Assembly (NCBI GenBank): GCA_002368295.1
Contig: AP018248.1
Span: 4,204,151 to 4,225,353 of the forward strand
Direction: 5' to 3'
Length of the DNA stretch: 21,203 nucleotides
From: Tolypothrix tenuis PCC 7101
GTDB taxonomy: Bacteria > Cyanobacteriota > Cyanobacteriia > Cyanobacteriales > Nostocaceae
Part shown: positions 7,932 through 15,994 of the stretch, piece after piece
Layout of the letters: every line of letters starts with the position of its first letter
How positions within the stretch are numbered: position 1 is the stretch's first letter
Made by a program: the position numbers and the translations under genes
Notes under the pieces: model-generated
Told to the model about the DNA's origin: nothing
The model's database searches: none
Seen by the model: only the letters and a program-made list of their open reading frames with translations

Positions 7932-9188
7932 TTACGCAAGCTCAATCGCTGCTGTTACCAAATTGGCTAATTTTTGCGCTGCGCCTGCTTCACCCCGGAC
8001 ATTGCGTAGCTTGAGTTGCATTTCCTGTAATTTTTCGGGACGAGTCAATAAATCTAAGACCATTTCTCCAATTTCCGGCGCTTGGAGATGTCCCACAAGT
8101 TCAGGTACTATCTCTGACTGTGCCCAAATATTCGGCCAGGCTAACAAACCTTTGCGTCTCAGAAATAGCCAGTTGATGACCTTGGCAAAGGTCGAACCCA
8201 ATCCTGGTAAATTAGCTAGCAAACCTGGTAAACCATCCCAAGAACGCATAGCATCAAGCTGTTGGGTGGGGAGTAAAACAATCATTGGCACAGCTAAAGC
8301 ACCGAGTTCGGCTGTATTTGCGCCTACAGTAGTTAAACAAATACGACATTGAGATAGTAATTTATAGGCTGGCGTTGCTTGTGAAAGTTCTATATTTAAG
8401 CCGTTAGCGGTTTTGAGTAGAGGATGATGTTGGCTATCTTCTGAGACGATTAAGGAAGCACCAGAGCAGCCAAAAGTTTTTATAAAAGGATTTTTTTGAG
8501 CATCAGCAAAGCTAGCTAAAGTTTGTAAATCTAAAGTGGGTGCTACGGGAATGACAAACTTAGTTTGAGGCCTTTTTGCGTGGATGTATTCTGCGATCGC
8601 TAATGTTAATGGTACTCCTTGCGCTAACTTTGCAGCTTTTGACCCCGGTAATAAACCAATGATTTCTGTGCTGACTCCTGAATTTTGAGTATGAAGTGAA
8701 CTCTGCGCTTCTAACATCAAATCACCCACAACAGTAAATTTGTGAGCATATTTCTGAGGAATACGTTCAGCAACTTTCGGTGTCATCACACCAAAGCTAT
8801 CAATAAAGCTGTACCAACGAGCATCCCATTCGGCGTAAATTACTGTTTTGTAACCAAGTTTTTTACCGATGACAACAGGAAAAAATTGATCGCCACCGAG
8901 AAAAACTACGACTCCGAGACTTCTCCAATCCCAATTATCAACAGTTTTTCCCCAGAGTAAAAATTGCCAAAAATGCTCTGCTCCCTGAACTCTATCAACT
9001 TCTGGGTAAGAAAGAGCGATCGCAGCTTCTTTGCCACTAGCATGAGGACAGGGGGATAAAATTACAGAAATCCTCACAGTAGAGCGATCGTTACCCAGTT
9101 GTTCCCGCAATGCTTTCACTACTGGACGTACCCAAGTTGTTACTTCCCCTGGGCCATTGGAGAGAATCAGAATATCTACTGGAGTCAT
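7932..9188 (-). CDS. Lipid-A-disaccharide synthase-related protein (LpxB-like glycosyltransferase family)
   Basis: 418 aa, starting MTPVDILILSNGPGEVTTWVRPVV, with GT-B-like organisation. I recognise it as the cyanobacterial family annotated lipid-A-disaccharide synthase-related. The assignment is from memory, not a search. Confidence 0.7.
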   Translation of the reverse strand: MTPVDILILSNGPGEVTTWVRPVVKALREQLGNDRSTVRISVILSPCPHASGKEAAIALSYPEVDRVQGAEHFWQFLLWGKTVDNWDWRSLGVVVFLGGDQFFPVVIGKKLGYKTVIYAEWDARWYSFIDSFGVMTPKVAERIPQKYAHKFTVVGDLMLEAQSSLHTQNSGVSTEIIGLLPGSKAAKLAQGVPLTLAIAEYIHAKRPQTKFVIPVAPTLDLQTLASFADAQKNPFIKTFGCSGASLIVSEDSQHHPLLKTANGLNIELSQATPAYKLLSQCRICLTTVGANTAELGALAVPMIVLLPTQQLDAMRSWDGLPGLLANLPGLGSTFAKVINWLFLRRKGLLAWPNIWAQSEIVPELVGHLQAPEIGEMVLDLLTRPEKLQEMQLKLRNVRGEAGAAQKLANLVTAAIELA

Positions 9189-9290
9189 GAGTTAATTTTG
9201 AACAGTTGAAAGCTATTAGTTAAGAGCAAAAAATTAAGTAATTCGTTCCTAAGTTATGAAGGCACGATACTATTGATATAATTGCAGACT

Positions 9291-10097
9291 ATGTTTGATA
9301 ATGTCTGCAAATTTCTAGCCGAATCATTTTCTAGTGATTTTGCAACTTGGCTACTCAATGAACCAGTTACACTCACCAAACTTAGTCCATCAGAATTATC
9401 CCTCGAACCTATCCGTGCGGATGCACTAATTTTGTTGCAGTCAGAGGAAATTGTCCTCCATATCGAATTCCAAACTAAACCTAAAGCCGATATTCCCTTT
9501 CGGATGTGTGATTATCGCTTACGGGTGTATCGCAGATTTCCTCATAAGCAAATGCGTCAGGTTGTCATTTATTTACAACCTAACGATTCTGAGCTAGTTT
9601 ATCAAACGGAATTTGCCTTAGAAAACACTTTTCATCGATTTGAAGTTATTCGACTTTGGCAACAGCCAACAGAACTATTTTTGAGTTCTCCAGGTTTGTT
9701 ACCTTTTGCAACTTTAAGTCAAACTAACAATCAAACACGAACCTTAGAACAAGTTGCTGAAGCTATTAAAGCAATCAATGATACCCGAATCCGAAGCAAT
9801 GTTGCTGCGTCAACAGCGGTGTTAGCTGGGCTAGCATTAAATAAAGACGTGATTAATAGAATTTTGCGGAGTGATATTATGCGCGAATCTGTAATCTATC
9901 AAGATATTTTACAAGAAGGGCTTAAAGAAGGAATAGAGCAAGGTATAGTACAGGGTATTGAGCAAAAAGCGCAAGAGGTTGCTAAAAATATGCTCAATGA
10001 GGGAATGGCGATCGCATTAATTGCTCGCGTTACTGGTTTAACGGTTGAGCAAGTTGAACAATTACAAGCTCAAACTGATGATAATCAACCTGCATGA
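9291..10097 (+). CDS. Rpn-family recombination-promoting nuclease / putative transposase (PD-(D/E)XK)
   Basis: The track ORF starts at TTG 9282. The ATG at 9291 gives MFDNVCKFLAE. A nuclease-like core is present (IRADALILL ... IVLHIEFQTKP). The C-terminal helical repeat YQDILQEGLKEGIEQGIVQGIEQKAQEVAKNML is typical of the large cyanobacterial Rpn/DUF4351 paralogue family. Confidence 0.7.
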   Translation: MFDNVCKFLAESFSSDFATWLLNEPVTLTKLSPSELSLEPIRADALILLQSEEIVLHIEFQTKPKADIPFRMCDYRLRVYRRFPHKQMRQVVIYLQPNDSELVYQTEFALENTFHRFEVIRLWQQPTELFLSSPGLLPFATLSQTNNQTRTLEQVAEAIKAINDTRIRSNVAASTAVLAGLALNKDVINRILRSDIMRESVIYQDILQEGLKEGIEQGIVQGIEQKAQEVAKNMLNEGMAIALIARVTGLTVEQVEQLQAQTDDNQPA

Positions 10098-10122
10098 TAT
10101 TGTGCGATCGCTAATTTTAACC

Positions 10123-11190
10123 CTACCCCTTGTGTTTAGTTGCTAGCAAATCAGTCAATGCTTCCACCAAAGTTTGATTTTGTTCATCCGTACCAATGGT
10201 GATGCGTAATTTATCATCTAATCTTGGTTGTTTGAAGTAGCGAATTAATATTTTCTGTTCCTTGAGTTTTTGATAGAGGTATTCTGCATTTCCTTGGTGA
10301 GGCTGGACTAGTAAAAAATTTGTTTGGGAATCCCAAACGAGAAAACCTAATTTTTTCAAGTCTGATGCTAGCTGATTTCGTGATGCTTTAATTTTGGCGA
10401 CACAAGAATTTTTATAGGCTTGATCAGTGATAGCGGCTGTCGCCACAGCACAGGCGATCGCATCAATGTTATAACTATCTTTAACTTTAAATAATCCATC
10501 TAATAACTTAGGATTTGCTATGCCAAAACCTAAACGCAATCCTGCTAAAGAATACCCTTTAGAAAGTGTGCGGATAATTATGACATTTTCGTATTCATGG
10601 ACTAAATCTAAAGCACTTGATTCTGTAAAATCTACATAAGCTTCATCAATTACTAAAATCCCCGATAATTGACTGGCTAATTTTCGCAGATCTTCATTTG
10701 GAACTACATGACCTGATGGACTATTAGGAGATGCAATAAATGTGACTGAACCATCAGCAGCAATTAATTCTTTTAAAGGCAAACTATAATCTTCTGGATA
10801 AGAAATCTCTAAAATATCTGCTGCTTGCATCTCAACTAATGTGCGATATAACACATAAGTTGGCATCGGATAAACTACCTTACGTCCTGGTTCAGTACAA
10901 GCACGAATAATGATGCTTAAAATTTCGTCACTACCATTACCAACGATAATCCAATCGCTAGGAACGCCTAAAACTTTACTAGCAGCTTGGCGAAACTCTC
11001 CCCCAAATGGTTCAGGATATCGCCGCAACCATTCACCATCAATATTCCGCAGTACTTCTAATGCTGCGGGTGAGGGTGGATAAGGGTTTTCGTTGCTATT
11101 GAGTTTAATAATTTTTGTCCCTCTTGGTGGCTGTTCGCCAGGGACATAGCTAGCCATTGCATCTACATTGGAACGGAAATATTTCGTCAT
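10123..11190 (-). CDS. hisC: Histidinol-phosphate aminotransferase
   Basis: 355 aa. Class-II aminotransferase pattern: LNSNENPYPPSP near the N-terminus, IVGNGSDE, VIDEAY, and the PLP-lysine motif RTLSKGYSLAGLRLG. Confidence 0.88.
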   Translation of the reverse strand: MTKYFRSNVDAMASYVPGEQPPRGTKIIKLNSNENPYPPSPAALEVLRNIDGEWLRRYPEPFGGEFRQAASKVLGVPSDWIIVGNGSDEILSIIIRACTEPGRKVVYPMPTYVLYRTLVEMQAADILEISYPEDYSLPLKELIAADGSVTFIASPNSPSGHVVPNEDLRKLASQLSGILVIDEAYVDFTESSALDLVHEYENVIIIRTLSKGYSLAGLRLGFGIANPKLLDGLFKVKDSYNIDAIACAVATAAITDQAYKNSCVAKIKASRNQLASDLKKLGFLVWDSQTNFLLVQPHQGNAEYLYQKLKEQKILIRYFKQPRLDDKLRITIGTDEQNQTLVEALTDLLATKHKG

Positions 11191-11414
11191 AACCTATGTA
11201 TCTTAGAAAAACAGGTTGTCAAGGAATTTTGGATTTTGGATTGTCTAAATCTCGCATCCGAATTTATCATCTAAAAATTCCAAGATTAATTCCCACCTAC
11301 AATTCCTAAAGATATCGTTTTTTGGTGAACAAGAGCTAGACAATAAAATGATGAATGTGATGCATTATTTCCATTGTAGATTTTACTATACATAAATTCT
11401 GCATTTCGCAAAGT

Positions 11415-13235
11415 TTATGCATAGTTTGTCTTAATTCTTTCTTGGGGAATCACGATCGCAAATTCTGTATAGCCTGGAGTAGAATGACATTCTAGTTGTC
11501 CTTGATGCTTTTCAACGACAATTTGATAACTAATAGATAAGCCTAATCCTGTACCTTTACCAATACCTTTGGTGGTAAAGAAGGGGTCAAACAAACGTTG
11601 GCGAACAGCTTCGCTAATACCGGGGCCATTATCTATAATCCGAATTACAACTGCTGGTGCAGACTGCATATTGTAGGGTTTATGATAAAATTCCTCTCTA
11701 CCTTCAATAGTAGGGTCACCTTTGTTTAATTCTGTGCAAATTTTGATTTGGCTGGGATTTTCTAATATTTCTTGAGGCGATCGCTGGCGATCGTACTCTT
11801 CTAAAGAGTCTATAGCATTAGCAATAATGTTCATAAATACTTGGTTTAGTTGTCCTGCATAGCACTCTAATAGCGGTAATTCGCCATATTCTTTGATAAC
11901 TTGAATTTGGGGACAACCATTTTTAGCTTTAAGGCGGTTTTGCAAAATCATTAAAGTACTATCCAACCCATCATGAATATTTACGTGCTTAATTTCCGCT
12001 TCATCAAGGCGAGAAAAATTCCGCAGAGAGAGTACTATTTCCCGAATGCGGTTAGCACCCAGTTTCATAGAATTTAATAGGTTGGGTAAATCTTCTATAA
12101 TGAAATCGATATCAGCTTCTTCTATTGCTGCTTGTAATGTCGTCTCAAGTTGAGGATATTGTTGTTGATATAATTGCAATATATATAGTATATCTTCAAC
12201 ATATTTGGTAGCTGGATTTAGGTTCCCATAGATGAAATTAATGGGATTATTTATTTCATGAGCAATCCCGGCTACCAGTTGACCCAAACTAGACATCTTT
12301 TCTCGGTGAATGAGTTGCGCTTGAGCTTGCTGTAATTGCTGTAGGGTTTGTTGAAGTTTTTCTTTTTCTTGAATTAAATCAGTTGTACGTCGCTGTACAC
12401 GATTTTCTAATTCTTGATTTACTTGTTCTAATTTGCTTAAGGCTTCTTGTAATGATATTTCTGTATTTTTAGGTTGATTAATATCTATAATAAAACCTAG
12501 TAATTGTGTCACTTCTCCTTGAGAACGCACAATATTGACAATATTCTTTACCCAAATCCAGTTACCATCAGCAGCTAAAAACCGATACTCAACTATGTAA
12601 TTATCTTGTTGGAGTGCAGCAACTTGCTGATGTTCTAACACATGGGGTAAATCTTCAGGATGAATGTGCGATCGCCAGAATTGCGGTTGATACCATTGTG
12701 CCAATTCATAACCAAATAAATCAATTGCTTGTGGCCCTACATAAGTAAACTTATGAGTGCTAGCCTCTGCTTCCCAAGGGACTAATTTGACATTTTCTAC
12801 TAGTCGCTTGAGACGTTGGCGAGTTTGCTCTAAGTCTTTTTCTGTCAGCTTACGTAGTGTAATATCATTGGCGATAACAGCATAGTTAGTAGTGATACCT
12901 TCGGCATTAGAGATAGCTTGACCATCTACAAATAGCCAATGTTCTTGCTGATTATTTGATATATAAGAAAACTCAAATTTAAAGCTTTCGCCTTTTAGCA
13001 ATTGTTCGCGGATATAAGCTTGTTGAATATTAGTTTTTTCATGAGATGCCAGTACAGAAAAAAACTTTTTTCCTATTAAGATTTCTGCTGGGATTTCTGC
13101 AAGTAGCACTAATGCTTCATTGACCCACTCTATACGTCCAGATCTATCTGTTAATGCCATAAATAAATCGTTGCGATTAGCTAAGGCATTAAACATAGTT
13201 AAGGGTAAATTTTGTGAATCAACTAACATTCCCAT
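11415..13235 (-). CDS. Cytoplasmic PAS/PAC sensor histidine kinase (two PAS domains, coiled coil, HisKA, HATPase_c)
   Basis: 606 aa with no hydrophobic segment. Motifs: H-box AHEINNPINFIYGN, N-box MNIIANAIDS, G1 IDNGPGI, G2 GKGTGLGLS. AGGAG lies just upstream of the ATG. Confidence 0.9.
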   Translation of the reverse strand: MGMLVDSQNLPLTMFNALANRNDLFMALTDRSGRIEWVNEALVLLAEIPAEILIGKKFFSVLASHEKTNIQQAYIREQLLKGESFKFEFSYISNNQQEHWLFVDGQAISNAEGITTNYAVIANDITLRKLTEKDLEQTRQRLKRLVENVKLVPWEAEASTHKFTYVGPQAIDLFGYELAQWYQPQFWRSHIHPEDLPHVLEHQQVAALQQDNYIVEYRFLAADGNWIWVKNIVNIVRSQGEVTQLLGFIIDINQPKNTEISLQEALSKLEQVNQELENRVQRRTTDLIQEKEKLQQTLQQLQQAQAQLIHREKMSSLGQLVAGIAHEINNPINFIYGNLNPATKYVEDILYILQLYQQQYPQLETTLQAAIEEADIDFIIEDLPNLLNSMKLGANRIREIVLSLRNFSRLDEAEIKHVNIHDGLDSTLMILQNRLKAKNGCPQIQVIKEYGELPLLECYAGQLNQVFMNIIANAIDSLEEYDRQRSPQEILENPSQIKICTELNKGDPTIEGREEFYHKPYNMQSAPAVVIRIIDNGPGISEAVRQRLFDPFFTTKGIGKGTGLGLSISYQIVVEKHQGQLECHSTPGYTEFAIVIPQERIKTNYA

Positions 13236-13246
13236 AACTCCTGTAA

Positions 13247-13684
13247 CTATGCTGAAACAGCATCACGTCTCCCTGCTACGTATGCCAAAAGCAGCTTACT
13301 AATATCGTCACGCACCTGACGAAATATTTGCAGTTTTTCTATTTCTGTACCTGTGGCTTCAGCTGGATCAGGAAAGCTAAAGTGATGACGTTTAATAGAT
13401 GATAGTAAAGTAGGACAACTTTGGTCTGCATGATCGCAAACTGTAATTACAGTATCAATTTTTTGGTCAAGAAAAAGATTGATATGTTTACAATAATTTT
13501 GAGAAATATCTATCCCTATCTCTTGCATCACTTTTACAGCCAAAGGATGTACTTCTTTAGCTGGGTTCATTCCTGCACTTTGAGTTGTGAATAAATCATC
13601 AGCTAACTCTTTCAATAACCCTTCAGCTATTTGGCTACGACAAGAATTACCAGTACAAAGAATTAAGAGAAGTGGTAGATCCAT
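13247..13684 (-). CDS. arsC: Arsenate reductase, LMW-PTP (thioredoxin-coupled ArsC) type
   Basis: 145 aa. The P-loop is CTGNSCRS (C-x5-R-S). A downstream cysteine pair VCDHADQSCP has the same C-x6-C spacing as the redox relay cysteines of Bacillus-type ArsC. DPA follows. Confidence 0.75.
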   Translation of the reverse strand: MDLPLLLILCTGNSCRSQIAEGLLKELADDLFTTQSAGMNPAKEVHPLAVKVMQEIGIDISQNYCKHINLFLDQKIDTVITVCDHADQSCPTLLSSIKRHHFSFPDPAEATGTEIEKLQIFRQVRDDISKLLLAYVAGRRDAVSA

Positions 13685-13774
13685 CTTCTATATTCAGCAA
13701 TAAATATTACTCTGAATCTTAACTTTACATACTTGATTTTGCCGTCAGGGAAAATACACAAACCGATAAATAGT

Positions 13775-13802
13775 AAGAAAAAGGGAGGTTTTTAGCCTCC
13801 CT
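13775..13802 (-). terminator. Intrinsic terminator of the Arg/Glu-repeat protein gene
   Basis: The minus-strand RNA reads AGGGAGG-CUAAAAA-CCUCCCU-UUUUCUU: a 7-bp GC-rich stem, a 7-nt loop and a U-run. It lies 35 nt after the stop at 13837. Confidence 0.7.
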
Positions 13803-13836
13803 GGTTGTAATTTTTGAAATACTACATGAACAATTT

Positions 13837-14115
13837 TTAGAAGCGATCGCGGTGTCGGCGTTGTTCTTCAAAGCGACGTTGACGTTCGCGTTCAATTTCT
13901 AGCCTGCGTTGACGTTCGCGTTCAATTTCTAGTTTGCGTTGGCGATCGCGTTCGAGTTCTAGCCTATGCTGGCGATCGCGTTCTAATTGCTGTTCCCGCC
14001 AGTCATGTCGTTCATTACCTCCAAGAATTACTTGAATTTGAGCCGAAGCTGGTTTTGCTAACACACTTGAAGCTAGCACAACACCTAATACACCGGATGC
14101 AAGAATCCTTTTCAT
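13837..14115 (-). CDS. Secreted Arg/Glu-rich tandem-repeat protein (92 aa), function unknown
   Basis: The track ORF extends to 14166. The ATG at 14115 gives MKRILASGVLGVVLASSVLAKPASA, a signal peptide with an A-x-A site. The mature part contains LELERDRQRK / LEIERERQRR / LEIERERQRR decapeptide repeats. Confidence 0.6.
   Translation of the reverse strand: MKRILASGVLGVVLASSVLAKPASAQIQVILGGNERHDWREQQLERDRQHRLELERDRQRKLEIERERQRRLEIERERQRRFEEQRRHRDRF
13877..13990. repeat. 30-bp tandem repeat, about 3.8 units, inside the CDS
   Basis: Units start at 13877, 13907, 13937 and 13967. The first two are CGTTGACGTTCGCGTTCAATTTCTAG... The last two carry HIP1 (GGCGATCGCG) in place of TGACGTTCGCG. Confidence 0.8.
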
Positions 14116-14361
14116 AAAGAAAATCCTTGAATGAAATGTAAAGTTAATGGAAGAAAAAGAAGCCACTAACGAGTAGCTTCTAAGAAAATAAGGAACATGA
14201 ACACTAATTGCTATTGACTTATCTTTTGCCTTGAGTTGAGCTATGGTTGCGAATAGAATCGAGTAGAGTACACCTTAACTTTTCAGAGGCAAATTGATAG
14301 TTCCATCTCAAGTGGTAGATTCAAGTTATTATTAAAGCTGGTTTTTCTCAAAAATGATTCA

Positions 14362-14397
14362 GACTAAAGTCACGAATCTAGCCATGACTAAAGTCAT
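14362..14397. promoter_or_regulatory. Pair of GACTAAAGTCA sites spaced 25 bp (operator candidate) in a divergent spacer
   Basis: aGACTAAAGTCAc sits at 14362..14372 and tGACTAAAGTCAt at 14387..14397. Each has inverted half-sites (T)GACT-AA-AGTC(A). Confidence 0.3.
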
Positions 14398-14429
14398 ATA
14401 AAAATTTATTTTTATTAAAAGCTTGGGGG

Positions 14430-14446
14430 ATGCGTTAATAACGCAT
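14430..14446. repeat. 17-bp palindrome ATGCGTTA-A-TAACGCAT (member of a dispersed hairpin family)
   Basis: Perfect 8-bp arms, 15 nt upstream of the ATG at 14461. The same arm sequence occurs at 16938..16964. Confidence 0.6.
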
Positions 14447-14460
14447 TCTACTATATCAAT

Positions 14461-15420
14461 ATGAAAGACAAAATTAGTCACAAATCATCTTTATCCAAAA
14501 TTTTAATCATAGCTTTGACTCTGAGTACTACTCTTAGCAGTTGTACACCAGAAAAAAGAACTATGTTGCGATTAACCGCAGAGACTTTTCGTAATCAGGC
14601 GGTTGATGCGATCGCATCTGTAAAAAAAGTCTACCAACTGAACGAATTACCTTTAGATGCTGAGATTTCTCGTGATTTTGTAGTTGAGCAATTACTTAGC
14701 GATCGCAGAATTAATTTTGGCGATCCGAGGGAAGTAGATAAAATTATTATGGGAGAAAATCAATCAAATAATCAGCCGTCAGATTTAGAGCGAGAACTTG
14801 ATGCTTTGCAATCAGAATATGACACAGCTATAGAGATTTTTAACAATTTAGAAACAATCGACTATGGTAGTGCAAAAATAGTATCTCAAACTGCCCAACC
14901 AGCGCGATGTTTAACAGTCAAAATGCTGCTTTTGGCTAAACAAATTCAGCAAAAGCCACCAAAACCAAACAATCCGCAACGGGTGCTAATTGGTTTGAAA
15001 CTACAACAGTTACAAAGAAAGTATAATAATCCTAATACATATTCCCAAATCGGCCCAGAAGAAATTAAGCGTCAAGTTGCTGAACAAATAGATGCATGGT
15101 TAAAAGTAAATGCTAGCGAACAGCAAATACTAAATGAATCCATATCTAGGCTGTTAATAGCAGCTGATACAGGTAGAAAACTCTCAAAACTTATTGATGA
15201 ATACCCTTCTTTGAGTTTTGAAGCGATCGCAACTCGAATTACTAAAATTGTTGGAGTAGCTAACACCATTACTGGTAGAGACTACAGTTCAGTTCTATCG
15301 AGAATTAATAGTATTGAACAATCGATAAATGAAGATAAGACTTTGCAATATTTTCTCCAAGAAGTATCTCAAAAGAATTTACGTTCGCAACCTTTAAAAA
15401 CTCAATTATGTCAAAACTAA
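14461..15420 (+). CDS. Hypothetical lipoprotein (319 aa)
   Basis: The N-terminus MKDKISHKSSLSKILIIALTLSTTLSSC has a lipobox-like L-S-S-C. The rest is helical and Gln/Asn-rich with no recognisable family. Confidence 0.55.
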   Translation: MKDKISHKSSLSKILIIALTLSTTLSSCTPEKRTMLRLTAETFRNQAVDAIASVKKVYQLNELPLDAEISRDFVVEQLLSDRRINFGDPREVDKIIMGENQSNNQPSDLERELDALQSEYDTAIEIFNNLETIDYGSAKIVSQTAQPARCLTVKMLLLAKQIQQKPPKPNNPQRVLIGLKLQQLQRKYNNPNTYSQIGPEEIKRQVAEQIDAWLKVNASEQQILNESISRLLIAADTGRKLSKLIDEYPSLSFEAIATRITKIVGVANTITGRDYSSVLSRINSIEQSINEDKTLQYFLQEVSQKNLRSQPLKTQLCQN

Positions 15421-15436
15421 TAAAAATTTATCAGAT

Positions 15437-15862
15437 ATGAAAAATTTAGACAATTTTGATGATTCTGTAATTACAGAAAGTAAGGATATTTTAGAACAAT
15501 TGCGAGATATAGTTTTGCAATTAAAAGCAGTTCCCAACAATCATATAGATGTGTCAAATCTAGACAACATAGAGCAAGATTTACAAAATATTCTGCCGCA
15601 GCTTCAGTTTGCACTGCTCAATGCTCAAGAAGAAAAGAATTGGCAACAAGTCAATAAGCTAAGGGAAGCGGTGCGCGAATGTAAAGATACACTTAATAGT
15701 GTTAGAGCAGCAATTATTAGAGCCACAATTATCGGGATTAATCCTAGTAATATAGCTGAAATGCAAAAAATATTGCAGGAAATCAAGTCAAATTCTCAAA
15801 CTCAATCGCAGGTAGAATATATTGTTTATGTACTTCGCTTTATGCGAAAACTGTTTATGTAG
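15437..15862 (+). CDS. Hypothetical helical protein (141 aa), probably co-transcribed with the preceding lipoprotein gene
   Basis: The ATG ORF starts 16 nt after the upstream stop. There is no signal peptide. The composition is coiled-coil-like and no family was recognised. Confidence 0.45.
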   Translation: MKNLDNFDDSVITESKDILEQLRDIVLQLKAVPNNHIDVSNLDNIEQDLQNILPQLQFALLNAQEEKNWQQVNKLREAVRECKDTLNSVRAAIIRATIIGINPSNIAEMQKILQEIKSNSQTQSQVEYIVYVLRFMRKLFM

Positions 15863-15912
15863 TGAAAATAAAATATTATGCTTCGTTAAATTATGCATCT
15901 CAATTCTTGCAA

Positions 15913-15930
15913 TGCATATTTCAATATGCA
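15913..15930. promoter_or_regulatory. Palindrome TGCATATT-TC-AATATGCA upstream of the substrate-binding protein gene
   Basis: Perfect 8-bp inverted arms, 65 nt upstream of GTG 15995. Confidence 0.25.
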
Positions 15931-15994
15931 AAAATAAAAATCATATTGAACTCATAATCAAGATAAACTTTGCGCCCTGAGCATTTTATCGCAA

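Noticed and set aside
7659-8352. Plus-strand ORFs 7659..7970 and 7912..8352
   Set aside because: The first reads through heptamer arrays and hairpin repeats and is antisense to the DUF305 remnant. The second is antisense to the lpxB-related gene.
8742-8960. Plus-strand ORF 8742..8960
   Set aside because: It is antisense within the lpxB-related gene.
13120-13302. Plus-strand ORF 13120..13302
   Set aside because: It is antisense across the arsC/histidine-kinase junction.
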